From positions 744,001 through 808,000 of the forward strand of contig NW_003314280.1 in assembly GCF_000143415.4 (NCBI RefSeq): 64,000 nucleotides of DNA. Reading direction: 5' to 3'. Below the pieces are notes generated by a model. It was not told the origin of the DNA. It ran no database searches and saw only the letters and a list, made by a program, of their open reading frames with translations. The position numbers and the translations under genes were made by a program. Source of the stretch: Selaginella moellendorffii (lineage: Eukaryota > Plantae > Lycopodiophyta). How positions within the stretch are numbered: the first letter of the stretch is position 1; every line of letters begins with the position of its first letter. Below, one piece after another: positions 1-12,713 of the stretch.

Positions 1-1251
1 CAATCTGGTGGCAAGGCCTCGTGACTTCAGCAGGCTGCTGGCTAATTTCCAGTCGAGCTTGCAAGAGATTACTCTGATCGCCACCGAGCCTTTCCTTGCG
101 CCTACTGAGTCGGAAGGCAAGGCAGTGGAACTCAGGAGCTACATCGACCCCGTCAAAGGTATGTTGTTGCTCGCTCGGCTCTATATGTTTCGTTTTCTTT
201 GTTCTGTGCCCGTAGAAAACAACGATGGCGCACTTCATACTCAACTTTGGATTGATCCCGCCGAAGAATTGCGAGACTATCATCACACTGGGGTCGCAGT
301 GGACGTTACGTTCAGCGTCAAGGAGCTCAAGGTGCCTCACTTATCACTTATCTTAAGAGGAAATCCTAACATCTATAGCCTTTGCATGCTTCAGGCCTTT
401 ATGAATTTTTGTGAAGGTTCAGAGGCTGATATGCAGCTTTTCTTTGACAAAGCTGGAAGGTACTTATCTTTCAGTGTCTTATTGTATTCTAGTTACAAAA
501 TCCACGTCCTGTGTGCAGCCCGATTCTCCTTGCTCCAAAGTTCAGTGTTGATGATGCCGCAAATGCCGATTTTGACGCAACTCTTGTGCTAGCGACTATG
601 CTGGGCTCTCAGCTTAGATCCAGTGATTCTGCTAGTGATCGAGCTCCAACAGATGCTCAGCCTGCACAGGGCGCTCCCCAAGCGGGTTATACTACTCCAA
701 AGAATGCAGCTAATAAGGAAACAGCGGGAACGGGTTCAGGCCCTCGGTCTGATCATACTGTAATTTGGTCAGAGCTTTCAGGTACATTTTGTCAATCGTG
801 GACAAGCTAAAGTCACTCCGTTTTACAGGCACGGCAGATCAAAGAGGAAGAGGGTATGCTGACAGACTTGCAAACCAACAGCCTCGTCAAATATTCCCGG
901 ATAGTGGCGACGCTACCGAGGAACTTCCTTTCCACCGGCATGAGTTTGTTTTTAAGATCCATCCACCTCTTTTGTTCCTCACATCTGTCATTTTGCTCTC
1001 GGCAGTGTCACGTTAGAGAAGGATGTCCGGAATGGTACAGAGGATGACGTCGTGCAGCAGCAACCCAATGGTGAATGCTTTTCGGTGTTTGTTGTTTCAA
1101 GCTAAGCTTGTAAGTTGTCAATGCAGATGAGCGTAGTGCACAACAGCTGTTTGGAAAGGATTTGAGCAACTGGATTGCTGCCGATACAGACGAGGAAAGC
1201 GATGGGGATGGGTTTTGCGTTCAAGCAACACCTCCCCACCGGAGGGGGTGA
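1..1251 (+). CDS. RAD9: Checkpoint clamp protein RAD9, 3' part (5' end outside window), multi-exon
   Basis: Spliced peptide RPRDFSRLLANFQSSLQEITLIATE..KAVELRSYIDP..LHTQLWIDPAEE..VDVTFSVKELK/AFMNFCEGSEADMQLFFDKAG..PILLAPKF..FDATLVLATML matches plant RAD9. Acidic tail NWIAADTDEESDGDGFCVQATPP ends at TGA 1249-1251. Short GT-AG introns, e.g. 332-394 and 782-828. Confidence 0.88.
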
Positions 1252-1814
1252 AAGAGGGCGCTGGTATGTTCTTGTCGAGCCCGCTTTCGCTTTTCACGCT
1301 TGTCGTTCAAATTCCAGTTGCAAGTCAATAACGTGTCTCCAGTTTTGCTTTCGACTGAACAGGCATTTCCCAAGTGCACTCAAGTTACGATGACAGGCAT
1401 GAAATCTTGTCCTGGGCCTATCAGAGCTCTTCCTTTAACAGGAACCGACAGCCTAGCAAAGATGACAATTTTTAGCAAGCAACATATTCAACTTGTGATA
1501 TGTTGATACAAATTATTCCTTTGTGTCATATGTTTTTTGTGATCGGGATTCTAGTCCATGCATCCTAGACAGGCACAAGTGGGCTGAAAATATTTTGAAC
1601 CAGCTGGAGATCCCGACAAGCGTGAAATTATTTCAAAGAAACAATTCTTCCATTGTCTTGGACAACTTGTCCCCATCTTGCACGAGTCTATGATCCTCGT
1701 ATGCCAAGGTTTTGCCGAAGACACTAGCGTCCAAGCCGGTATCGACGAGAGACGAGCAGGGTCCTCGCCTGAGCTATTAAAGTTGGCCAGCGTTTTCCAT
1801 CACCTAAGACTCCA

Positions 1815-3284
1815 ATGGCAAAAGGTTCCAACCATGTTGTTCTTGTTCCTCTTCCAGCACAAGGCCATCTCCTGCCAATCCTCTACCTCGCCAGGAAGCT
1901 CGCAGCGCATGGATTTGCGGTAACCATCGTCAACATCGACAGCGTCCACGAGAGTGTGAAGCAAAACTGGAGGAACGTTCCACAGCAAGACATCCGCCTG
2001 GAATCGATCCAGATGGAGCTCAAGGTCCCCAAAGGCTTCGACGCCGGCAACATGGACGCAGTGGCTGCATTTGTGGATTCGCTCCAGGCCCTGGAAGAAC
2101 CACTGGCGGATCTCCTCGCCAAACTCAGTGCTGCTCGAGCCGCGTCGTGTGTCATCTCGGATTTCTATCACCCCTCGGCACCGCACGCCGCGTCCAAGGC
2201 CGGAATTCCCTCCGTGTGCTTCTGGCCTGGGATGGCGTCGTGGGCTTCGATCCAATACAGCCAGCCTTCGATGATCGCTGCTGGTTATATTCCAGTCGAT
2301 GGTAAAGTTGGTTCTTTTTTCTGGAGTTTCTTCTTATCGGATTTTTTCTCTAAACTGCCAGAGTCGAATGCTAGCGAGATTGTCGATCTTCCCGGCTTGA
2401 AACCGATGCGAGCGGACGATCTCCCGTTCTATCTCCGCAAGGACTTCTACCACAAGCTGGGGAGGGATAGATTTCTTCGCCAGCTCGAACGAGCGGCCAA
2501 GGATACGTGGGTCTTGGCAAACTCATTCTACGAGCTGGAACCGCAAGCTTTCGATGCCATGCAGCACGTCGTTCCAGGAAAGTTTGTCCCGGTCGGGCCC
2601 CTCTTCCCACTCCGAGATCGCGAGGCGAGTGGGATGGAGGCGAGCTTGCGGCCGGAAGATCACAGCTCCATCGGCTGGCTCGATCGCAAACCTCTCAAAT
2701 CGGTGCTCTACGTCGCGTTTGGGAGCATCACGGTGCTGAGGCCCGGGGAATTCGAGGAGCTGGCACGGGGGCTGGAAGAGAGCGGGCATCCCTTCCTCTT
2801 CTCTGTTCCTCGTGAGATGGTGCCGGAGGTGGGGGACGATCGCGTGGGCGAATTCGCGGAGAGGGCGGCTCGATCGGGCGCCGGGATGGTGGTGCGGTGG
2901 GCGCCGCAGCTGGCGGTGCTCCAGCACCCATCGGTGGGCGGATTCCTGAGCCACTGCGGGTGGAATTCCATCCTGGAGAGTGTGAGCAGCGGCGTGCCGG
3001 TGCTGGGGTGGCCGATCGCGTCGGAGCAAAACACCAATTGCAAGCTCGCGCTCCAGGAGCGGGGGGTCGGGATGGAGCTGGCGGACAGATCGAGCGGCGG
3101 CGTGGCGAGCGCGGTCCGGGAATTGATGGCGAGCGAGGAGCTGAGGAGGAATGTGGCGGAGATTGGGAGGAACGCCCGGGCGGCCGCGGCCGCTGGCGGA
3201 TCATCGCACAGGAACCTCCATGATTTCTTCCATTCCTGCCAAGATCGAGAGATTCTACTGCAAATCAAGCAACAATCCCTAATC

Positions 3285-3287
<3 letters not shown>
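1815..3287 (+). CDS. Family-1 UDP-glycosyltransferase
   Basis: N-terminal HVVLVPLPAQGH and PSPG box WAPQLAVLQHPSVGGFLSHCGWNSILESVSSGVPVLGWPIASEQ. Probable 60-nt in-frame intron at 2302-2361. Confidence 0.95.

Positions 3288-3314
<27 letters not shown>
3286..3314. repeat. (AG)n microsatellite
   Basis: Perfect AG run immediately after the UGT stop codon. Confidence 0.95.
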
Positions 3315-3320
<6 letters not shown>

Positions 3321-3686
3321 CCATTCTCTGGCAAAAGGATATTATTATTCTCTCCCCCGTGCGGCAAGATTCCACGATCCGGCCGTCCATTCAAATGGCC
3401 ACGATGCCGATGGATAGAAAGAGCTTGGAGTCTCCGCAGTGATCTTCCGTCCGGGTCACGCGCCAGGGATCGCAGGGCTTCCATCGCATCGGTCCTTCCT
3501 CGCGACGCGACCGGCGAGGATTGAAGCGCAGTGTTAGGGTTTACTCTCCTGTTCCTCTCTCCTGTCTCTCTCGATCTCTCGATCGATCGACAGCGAAGAT
3601 GCGATTTCCAAGGCTCTGGCAGCGCGGAGGAGTTTTGGGGAGCTCCGATCGAGGCTAGGGTTGAAATTTCCCCCCTTCATCCATCC

Positions 3687-4787
3687 ATGGCTCCTCCAAA
3701 CACGAGCTATGTCGAAGTGGGAGAGGCGCCGGCGCTGCTGGAGAGCGAGACGACCGATGTGGTTGCAGAGGAGGCTGGCGCATTCGTCCTGCCGCCAAAG
3801 ATCCCCGTGCCCGCCGCACTGTCGAGCAAATTTGGGGGCTCGCCCCCCGCCAGCGTCTACGAGCTCCTCGAGTGCCCAGTCTGTACCAATTCCATGTATC
3901 CTCCCATCCATCAGGTAAAAGCTTCTTTCTCTCTCGATTTCCTGTTCTCTATCCAGTTTGATCCATCGTTGGTGTTCTCTTTCCTTTTTCTTTCTCTTGT
4001 GTAGTGCCCGAATGGTCACACTTTGTGCTCTACGTGCAAAGTCCGCGTCCACAACCGCTGCCCGACTTGCCGATACGAGCTCGGGAACATCCGGTGCTTG
4101 GCTCTGGAGAAAGTTGCCGAGTCCCTCGAGTTACCATGCCGGTACCAAAGCCATGGCTGCCCGGAGATCTTCCCCTACTACAGCAAGCTCAAGCACGAGT
4201 CCCAGTGCTCCTTCCGGCCTTACAATTGCCCCTACGCGGGGTCCGAGTGCTCCATCACCGGAGACATCCCGACTCTCGTCGCCCATCTCCGGGACGATCA
4301 CAGAGTTGACATGCACAATGGCTGTACCTTCAACCATAGATACGTGAAGTCCAATCCACAGGAGGTCGAGAACGCGACATGGATGCTCACTGTAAGTTCG
4401 TCTTTGATTCTTCGTCTTGTTTCTTGTTTTTCGTTTTGTTCCTGTGGACTGATCCGATGCTTGCAGGTTTTTAATTGCTTTGGCCAACACTTTTGCCTCC
4501 ACTTCGAGGCCTTCCAGCTCGGGGTGGCGCCCGTGTACATGGCCTTCTTGCGATTCATGGGGGACGACAACGATGCCAAGAACTTCAGCTACAGCCTCGA
4601 AGTCGGAGCCAACGGGCGCAAGTTGATGTGGCAGGGAGTTCCCAGGAGCATCCGGGACAGCCATCGTAAGGTCCGAGACAGCCACGATGGTTTGATCATC
4701 CAGAGAAACATGGCACTCTTCTTCTCTGGAGGGGATAGGAAGGAGCTCAAGCTTAGAGTGACTGGCCGGATCTGGAAGGAGCAATGA
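3687..4787 (+). CDS. SINAT: SINA/SINAT RING E3 ubiquitin ligase
   Basis: ELLECPVCTNSMYPPIHQ/CPNGHTLCSTCKVRVHNRCPTCR RING, SIAH zinc fingers and C-terminal KELKLRVTGRIWKEQ. Introns 3915-4004 and 4392-4466. Confidence 0.96.
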
Positions 4788-5096
4788 CAGGGCAGTTTTG
4801 AGTGGATGGGGCTGTAGGAGATAGTTGTACATTATCATCACCAGCAGGAAGAATTCTTCTCCGAGGTTTGGGATTTTAGTTTAGAACTTGGGCTTTGGAT
4901 CGATCAGGGCCTGGCAGGAGAATGAGCTTTGGTTGGTTGGAAGCTGTAACATGGTCAAATCTGAGACTAGAAACACTGGCAAAATGGAAAATCCTTCCTT
5001 GAAAAGCTTGCTGAAAGTTGAAAGCTTTGGAAAAGTCTTCCAGAGGAAAAGGTGGCCGGATGGAAGAATTTGGAAGCAGCGATGTCGAGTTTTCTT

Positions 5097-5832
5097 TCAA
5101 GCTGGAGCTGCTGCTGTTACATCGGATGGAGCCGGAGCCGGAGCTGGAGGTGGAGCTCGAGATCGAACTGGCGGAGGTGGTCGGACTGCTGGAGGAGCCG
5201 GAGACGCGGGATCATACCAGCCGAGAGCGATCTCCAGCGCCTTTTTGGCGCGAGCGAGGCGGGACTTTCGCCTCCGGCCGGTGTTCCTGTGGAGCGTGCG
5301 AACCTTGACAGCCTTGTCGATCACCGAGTAGGCCTCGCCGATCATCACCTCGACGGGCTTGAGCTCCTCGGGCGCCGCCCCCTCGGCCTTCTTCTTAAGA
5401 TCCTCGAGCGCCGAGAACACCTTCTTCATCCTCGTCCGGATCTCCGACTTCCTGGCCTTGTTGTAGATGCGCCTCTTCTCGGACAAGAGCGCCCTCTTCA
5501 CCGCCGACGACATCTTCTTCTTCTTGGGCACCTCCTCGTCCTTGGCCGCCGCTAGAACCCGGAATCTAGACGCTGGGCTTGCTGGAGTCGTGGTTCCTCT
5601 CCTGGGCTCCAGGTTCGCGAGCGAGGACGCGAGCCTGGCGGTCAGATTGCCTGCATTGCCACAACGGAAAATCGATGCCACACGGCTCTAGCTCAAATCT
5701 CCGCGTACCCAAATCGTCGCCGAAGAAGAGCGAGCAGCTCCTGCCGCCGCTGGTGCTACAAATCCCGGAAGCCCGAGGCGCCGTGGCCCAGGGCTGGCGG
5801 CACGCCCACGCCGTTGTCATCGTCGTCGCCAT
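5097..5832 (-). CDS. PRPS20: Plastid ribosomal protein S20 (bS20c) precursor
   Basis: Exons 5832-5709 and 5650-5097 with a 58-nt GT-AG intron restoring frame. Transit-peptide-like N-terminus, then SAVKRALLSEKRRIYNKARKSEIRTRMKKV..IDKAVKVRTLHRNTGRRRKSRLARAKK. Telo-box TTAGGGTTT just upstream. Confidence 0.93.
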
Positions 5833-6005
5833 AGCTCTATCCAAAGTTTTAGGGTTTGTGGGTTTAAAGGAGGGTTGCGCACCCAACCATTAAATCTTGC
5901 AGTTCCGTATAAACTTTTAGAAATTAAACTAGTTTTGATTATTTTCACTGTAAGAATTACTGTTAAATATTAACTAGAAATACATTAAATTAGGTTAAAA
6001 TCTTC

Positions 6006-6896
6006 TCACTGGTTGGGCGGGATAACAACAATGGAGATATTGTCTCTACTCAAATCGCTCGCCTTTCTAACAGCTTGATCTGCCACTGCCTGGCCCAATT
6101 CAGATGTTGTTGGATCAACCATCGCGGCTATGTCGCAAACCTCTTGCTCGCTCATCCCTTCGTAGAGCCCATCCGAGGCCAACACGATAAACCCATCTTT
6201 GTTGGTGTTCGTCCACATCGACACGTCTGGGGTGGCAATCACGCCGTGGTTCTTGAGCGGGAGGTCCCCGATGGCGCGCGACATTGGAAAGTGGCCATCG
6301 ATCACGCCGAAGCGTACCACGCCGCCCGCGGCCTCTATCCGGTGCTTCTCTGCGGGTAACTCCGGGTGATGGTCGCTCGTTAGCGCCTTGGCAACCAGCT
6401 TCTCGCCACCGTCGCGGACGCACGCGATCGCCCTCGAGTCGCCAACGTTGGCCACGACCATGAACTCGTCCGTCACTACTGCTACGCACGCGGTGGATCC
6501 CGCTGGCCACCGGTTCTTGTAGGCTTCCTTGAGAAACGAGCTCTCCAGCTCTGCGATGGTCTTCTCCAGAGCCGCCCTGACAACTCCAGCGTCGATTTTA
6601 CTGCTAGAGGCATCCAGTGATCCCCGGAGGTTTGCGCGGAGCTTGGGCTCGAAGTTCTGGACGAGGAACTCGCTGGCCTGGGAGCCTATGTGGCCGTCGA
6701 AGATGGCGAAAACTCCCACCCGGCTATCACCATGATCGGCGAGCAAGTCGGCAAGCGCTAGTAGCCGATCTTCCTGGTATCTCCGGCGCCCTTGAATGCT
6801 CAGATGCCCACTGGACCACCCTGTTGATACTTCCACTGCTACAACACTACTCACCAAGAGCTCCAAGAGCGCCAAGAGAGCCAAGAGCTTCTTCAT
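6006..6896 (-). CDS. Intronless PP2C (PPM) phosphatase with N-terminal signal peptide
   Basis: MKKLLALLALLELLVSSVVA leader. Motifs QGRRRYQEDR, FDGHIG, ANVGDSR, ASDGLYE and SRDNISIVV are intact. TATA-like TTATATAG near 6922-6929. Confidence 0.92.
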   Translation of the reverse strand: MKKLLALLALLELLVSSVVAVEVSTGWSSGHLSIQGRRRYQEDRLLALADLLADHGDSRVGVFAIFDGHIGSQASEFLVQNFEPKLRANLRGSLDASSSKIDAGVVRAALEKTIAELESSFLKEAYKNRWPAGSTACVAVVTDEFMVVANVGDSRAIACVRDGGEKLVAKALTSDHHPELPAEKHRIEAAGGVVRFGVIDGHFPMSRAIGDLPLKNHGVIATPDVSMWTNTNKDGFIVLASDGLYEGMSEQEVCDIAAMVDPTTSELGQAVADQAVRKASDLSRDNISIVVIPPNQ

Positions 6897-7657
6897 CCTT
6901 CCTTACCCTAGAAAAGGAAGCTCTATATAATCGTTATAAACATCCGGTCACATGTGACAAGTTAAGGCGTGTCTTACCAGCCAGAAACTTGGGGGGCTTC
7001 TTGAGCGTCACGGCACCGCGCTGCTTCTCTAGGTCGGGTGCAGGATCGCAGGACTGGCACGCGGATCAATGGCAACTAGTAACTGTGGGCTTGTGTGTTT
7101 GTTTCTTCTCTTCTCAATTCCCGTTAGCGCTAGCGTCTCTTTGAGCCTAGTCTCAAGATTTGCCAATGCCGGTGATGCAAGTCAAGCGAGAGAGATTTTC
7201 CTCCTCTCCTCACTAGTCGATTCTTCTTTTTCTTCCTTGATCTCCGCTCAGAAGCTCATCTACGTAGCAAGTGAGTACCTTGTTGAGGTAGTGTTCGGAT
7301 CCAGCAAGAAGCTGATTTTCGACAGGAAGCACATATATAAAGTGCTCCAGAAGCAACTTAGGATATCCACACAGCTCAGACACATTCAAGCCACTCAATT
7401 GCAGCACCAACTGCCAATGGTGACAGACAATGGTGGCTGTTTGTTCCAAGTTATATACCTCTCCAATTATGTCCTAGGTGAACTCTTTAGCTTATTAACA
7501 TAGTGCATTGAAATAGTGTAGAAGAGGTGGTGTATAGGAGAAGGTGTACAAGACACAATGGAACTCAGGGGACTCAAAGAGTATGCTTTGGTTGTGGATA
7601 TGCATGGGGAATCAGTCACAAGTATGGAGTGTGGATTTACAATGTCAAGACCATCAG

Positions 7658-10540
7658 TGAAACAAACAAGGGAGCAAACTTTAGGCCAACCTCAGACGGG
7701 CTATAGAATATTCTCAGAATATTCTTGTGGTTCCTCCTAGCCACAAATGGCAGCCTCAAAAAGTTAAATAAACCTCACATAAAGGGAGTCCAAGACAATA
7801 TGGCCATGGAGAAAAGATGTGCAAATGACAGTACTAATGTTACGACAAATGGCTCATATAATAATACAACTATAGAACTCAATTCTCCCCTTCCTCAGAA
7901 ATGTCATCCAAGTCATAATTAAAACTTGGAAACATTCTCTTCATATCATCCTCAATTTCCCATGTAGCTTTGTTCATGGAATAATTATTTCACTAAACTA
8001 ACAACTCCGTAGTTATCTTCTGGCATGTTTTCACCAATCTTTGAGCAAGAATATTGGCCGGACTAGCCTTCTTAATATCAATCTTAGGAACTTGGATGAT
8101 GGACTGATCCACGATAGCACTAGAGTGTAAATACACTTTAAGCTTGCTTACATAAAATATTGGATAAATCTTCAAATTAGCTAGTAAGTCCAAAGTGTAT
8201 GCAAGATCCCCCATCTGTAAATTTATCTAAAACCCACAATACCATGGAGACAACTTAGCACTACCACCTCCTTTTAGAGACTGTTATGCATCTGACAATT
8301 TAAAGAAAATCTTATCACCAACTTTGTACTCTAATGTTCATCAACCAATCTTTTGTCTCGATTTTGAGTTTTCCTCATGCTCAACTTTGCCAACTCAAGC
8401 TTGTTTTATATATCCTCCATGAAATCATAAGTATGAGGTATTTAAACTAAAGCTAAACTCAAACTCACAAGAGATTTAAGCTTATAGCTATACATCACCA
8501 TAAAGAGAGACATGCCAATAGCCAATTGATGACCGTTATTGTGAGTAAAATAAAACAAAGGCAAATATTTCTCCTATACTCTCTGTCAAGTCAAGTTTCC
8601 CAAAAAAGATCTTAACATATCTTCTAATAGTTGATTCATATGCTTTGTCTGGCCATTTAATTATGGATGCTCACCATTACTTATGCTCACTTTAGTCTTT
8701 AGTTTTTCAAATATCATTTGCCAAAGCTTGGACATAAATTTGAAATTCCAATCGCTCACAATGTCATCTAACAAACTATAGGGATTGAATAACCAGTCTA
8801 TAAAGAATTGAGAAAGTTTAAAACTTTTAATAGTCATCTTCATTGGGAAGAAATGAGCCATCTTCATCAAGCAATCCACAACAATCTAAATAACATTATT
8901 TCCTTGAAAAGTCTTGAGTAAACCAATGATAAAGTCCAACTATAAAGGCGTCCCTCAACAAAACCTTCACACAAATATTAGTTATAAAGGAGTCAAAGCT
9001 AGCAAACTCCTTAAACTCATTCAAGAGATCACTGGATAACTTCATGAATAAGATAGAATTTACCATCTTGGATAATGTATTAGCCACTTTATTGTCACCT
9101 CTATGCTTGTATTGAATCTTAACAAACATTTCTTATAAAAACTCTTGCTGACAAGTAAGGTAACCTTGAAGATCCTTTTGTCGACTAAAATACTGAAGAG
9201 ACTAATGATCTAAGTTTACATGGAAATTAATATCACCATTCCTTCACAATAGCAATCACAATATACAACTCCTTGTTTCTAATAGCTCAATTCCATTGTA
9301 TAGCATAAAATTTGTGGCTCATGAATGCAAAAAGATGCCCAACTTGAAGTAAGATAACTCAAATAGCAATGCCACTTGCATCTATTTCGACCATAAGAGG
9401 TTAGATGTGGAAGATTTACCACAACAAATACTTGAGTTATATCCAAAATGCATCCCACCACATTCACTTTAGAATTTATTGACCCCTTTAGGACAATCTT
9501 TGCCTTGATGTTTAGCCCTATGGCAACAAAAACAATTGCTCACCACCTTTTCTTTCTCCCATTGGTTCGAATGAAGCTTCTTAACTTCATTGCCATCTTT
9601 ATTCTTTGAGGCATGATATAGCAATGGTCATTTCTTCCCCGAATATGAAGCATGGACTAGTTGGTCATCATGTTGACTATTCTGTAAACCATCCTGTTGA
9701 CCAAAGTTGACCAAATTAACTAATGATTTAGGCAAAAAGATTTAAACCTTAGTGATAGCATTAGTCAATGTTACTAGAAAATCCATCCTAACCTTCTATT
9801 GCACATTCATTGAACTCAAACTTTGTATCCAAAAATAAAATCCCCTACTAGATCTCTAGTAGCTGGTTCATGAGATTAACTTCTTCAAACTGCTTGACAA
9901 ATAAAGCATAAAAAACCTTCATGAAATCACTCCAAAAAGCTAGCTTCAAATTAGATTTAATGCAGTCTTCCATGACGAAGAAACATGATTTGTAAGCTTC
10001 ATCACAAAAAAATCAATTTTCACTTTATCCTCATAAGGAATGTGATTTCCCATAATTCCAACCAAAAATCAACCTCCTAGCTATCATAAATATTCAGTGA
10101 TGACTTCCATTCCATGATACCATAATCCTTGACTAATGGTAATCATAGACATGAGATTTATTCAACCTTGAAAGTCCATGCGAAGCAAAAAATCCTTAAT
10201 AAGATTGATAAAATCTTTAACCTCCTTAATGTTGCTTTGAACTTTAGAAATCTGGCATCTTTACCACACAACGACATCATCAAGAGTCTCTTCCTCATCA
10301 TTATGGCTATCATCACTAATGCCATATTCCTCATCAAAATCAATATCTTGCTCACTAAAGGAACGTGTTGCTCCGATACCAATGAAATGAACAAAGGAAA
10401 GAACCTTAGGCTAACCTCCCAACCTTTAAGGTGTTACAACCTTAAACCCTAAGCATGTAGCAAATTGAGTAACTAAAGGTTGAAGTTGTGATTGATATAA
10501 ACCACATAAATATTCTAAGAATATTCTATAACTTGTCTAC
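7658..10540 (-). mobile_element. Degenerate Ty3/gypsy (chromovirus-type) LTR retrotransposon
   Basis: PBS TGGTATCGGAGC (tRNA-Met type) at 10370-10381(-). PPT GAGGAAGGGGAGAAT at ~7882-7896(-). Related LTR ends at 7658 and 10383 (TGAAAnnAACAA..TTAGG..AACCTC and AATATTCTnAGAATATTCT). Broken RNaseH (IQYKHRGDNKVANTLS), integrase (KMAHFFP..IVSDWNFKF) and chromodomain-like (ATWE) fragments. Right boundary approximate. Confidence 0.85.
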
Positions 10541-11663
10541 AAATCCGTGAGAGGCTCTCTCTTTCTCAACCACGATGCTGATGTTGCCATGGTGAAGTTG
10601 TCTAGCTACTTGGTGCTATTGCTCAAGCTGCCAAGATCTTTCCCTAGGCCTCTTCCTTACTTGGTTGAAATCACAAGAATCAATATTGGTGGCTAACTCA
10701 CCTCTTAAACATCTTTAGGGAGTTTCATCATCTTCGACAAAGGAACATATTACACTATTTTGGTTAAGGCTTTATTTGAGAAGGTAAAGGATTCTCTAGA
10801 TGCAGTTCTTTCTACAAGTTACAATCGTGTCTAGTAACCTCATAACCAGATCTACTATGTTTCTAAGGGTCAATCTTTCTTATTTCCTTCCTTTGATTTT
10901 CACTTAAAACACTTACCATCTCACTCTCTTTAATTAACTATATGATGAGTGGCACTAATGGAGAACAAACTCACCATTTTGCTATATGAAAGATCACAAA
11001 CTCTACAAAAATGAGTTGGTGTTTTTGGAAGCTACATGCAGCACAACATTGAGAAACAAGAACTCTCATTTACGGCGGTGGATTGCTTTAAATTTTAGTT
11101 AAGCTTCATTTAAAGTCTATGTAATCACTTGAAAACTATTCTCTTCAAGAGTGCTTCCTAGCTTTAATAAACCCCAACTTACTTGGAAGCACAATAGAAG
11201 CATCAATTTCATTGTCAAAAGTTCTCTTGAACCAAAATGTTCGTTTAATTGAAATCAAATTTCAAAGGTTTGTGATGGTAAGTGTTGCCATTGTTAGAGG
11301 AGTAACAAATTTATCCTTCAAATGCAAATTTGTTAACATCCTCTTTGATTTGCCATTGTAAAACTGAGTGACTTTTAACTTTAGCAACGATTGACAAAAT
11401 TTATCTAAAAGTTTCAACCAAATTATAATATGGTCAAACCGAGGGCCTAAACCTACAGACACCGTTTCCTTGATCATTAACTACATTCTTTTGAGTAAGA
11501 GGTCAATATAGCTAGCACCAAAATTGCATCAAAATTAAATCATACTGTAAGAGGACATAGTTTTGCAACTAAAATATAATAAAATATTAAATAATAAGTA
11601 CTTTTGAGCTTTATCTAAGCAAAGCCATTCAAAACTTTCACAAAACATTCATAAATGATTTAC

Positions 11664-12713
11664 AACCATATTGGGAAGTTTGTCTATTCTTTTGCTTTTA
11701 AAATTTTTAGTAAACATTGGCAAGTTCATAGAAGCTTTTAAAGAAGGCAATGAAATTTACATGATTTTCTTTTATAAGGGAAAAGTTATTACATCATTAT
11801 TGAAAATGAGGAGTATAAGGAAGAAAAACTTTGTTACTTAATTGATTAATTTTAAAAAAATTTTACTTTCATTTTTTTTTTAATTCACTTTGTGTTTATT
11901 TTCTCGTGTTGTTGTAGTTGCTAAGTGTTACATCACTTCATAAGCATAGAATTTAACATCAAGATATTAAGCTAAACAATATACTTGTGGTAGGAAGATA
12001 TACTTGAGTCATCGACCAAATAAACAATAAAACCTTGTACAAGGCATTGGTTCTCTTAGATATGAATAATTTTCAAGAGTTTATCAATGAAAATTATTTA
12101 TACAAAAATAATAAAAGTGATATACGCTACAAAACACCCGAAGTTTGAAACATAAGTGTGTTTTTTATTTTGGTATCAAACTCAAGCCTCAAGTGTTGTG
12201 TAACACAGTATAAATAAATTTAATTAATATCATTTTTGCCATTTCTGTATAAATAATTTTATTAATATATTCTTGAAAATTATCCATACTTAAGAAGATT
12301 AATACTTTTGTACAAGGTTTTGTTGTTTATTTGGTTAATGAGTCAATTTGTTTGTTTGGTTAATGAGTCAAATGTGTTCTCCTGTTATGAATATATTGTT
12401 TAGCTTGATATCTCGATAGTAAATTCCATACTCATAAAATGATGCAACACCTAACAATTGTAACTATAAAAGAAAATAAACACAAAATGAATCACAAAAA
12501 AAAAAATGAAAGTAGAAAAAATTTAAAACTAACCAATTGAATAGCAAAGTTTTTCTTCTTTATGTTCCTCATTTTCAATAATGATGTAGCAACTTTTCCT
12601 TCATGAAAAAAAATTATATAAATTTCATTGCCTTCTTTGAAAGCCTCCATGAACCTATTAATGTTTGTTAAAAATTTAAAAGTAAAAGAAAAATGAAACC
12701 TCCCAACATGGTT
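11664..12713. repeat. Large inverted repeat (foldback), arms ~11664-12123 and ~12227-12713
   Basis: Arms are reverse complements, e.g. AAAGAAGGCAATGAAATTTA vs TAAATTTCATTGCCTTCTTT and AAAACCTTGTACAA vs TTGTACAAGGTTTT. Spacer ~100 bp. Confidence 0.9.

Noticed and set aside
7069-7503. 144-aa ORF with a hydrophobic N-terminus, divergent from the PP2C
   Set aside because: It has no recognisable domain or supporting signals and lies at the edge of TE-derived sequence. It cannot be supported.
10540-11660. Further TE coding remnant beyond the gypsy 5' LTR
   Set aside because: The sequence is CpG-depleted and probably TE-derived, but I could not identify a domain, the LTR outer end or a TSD.
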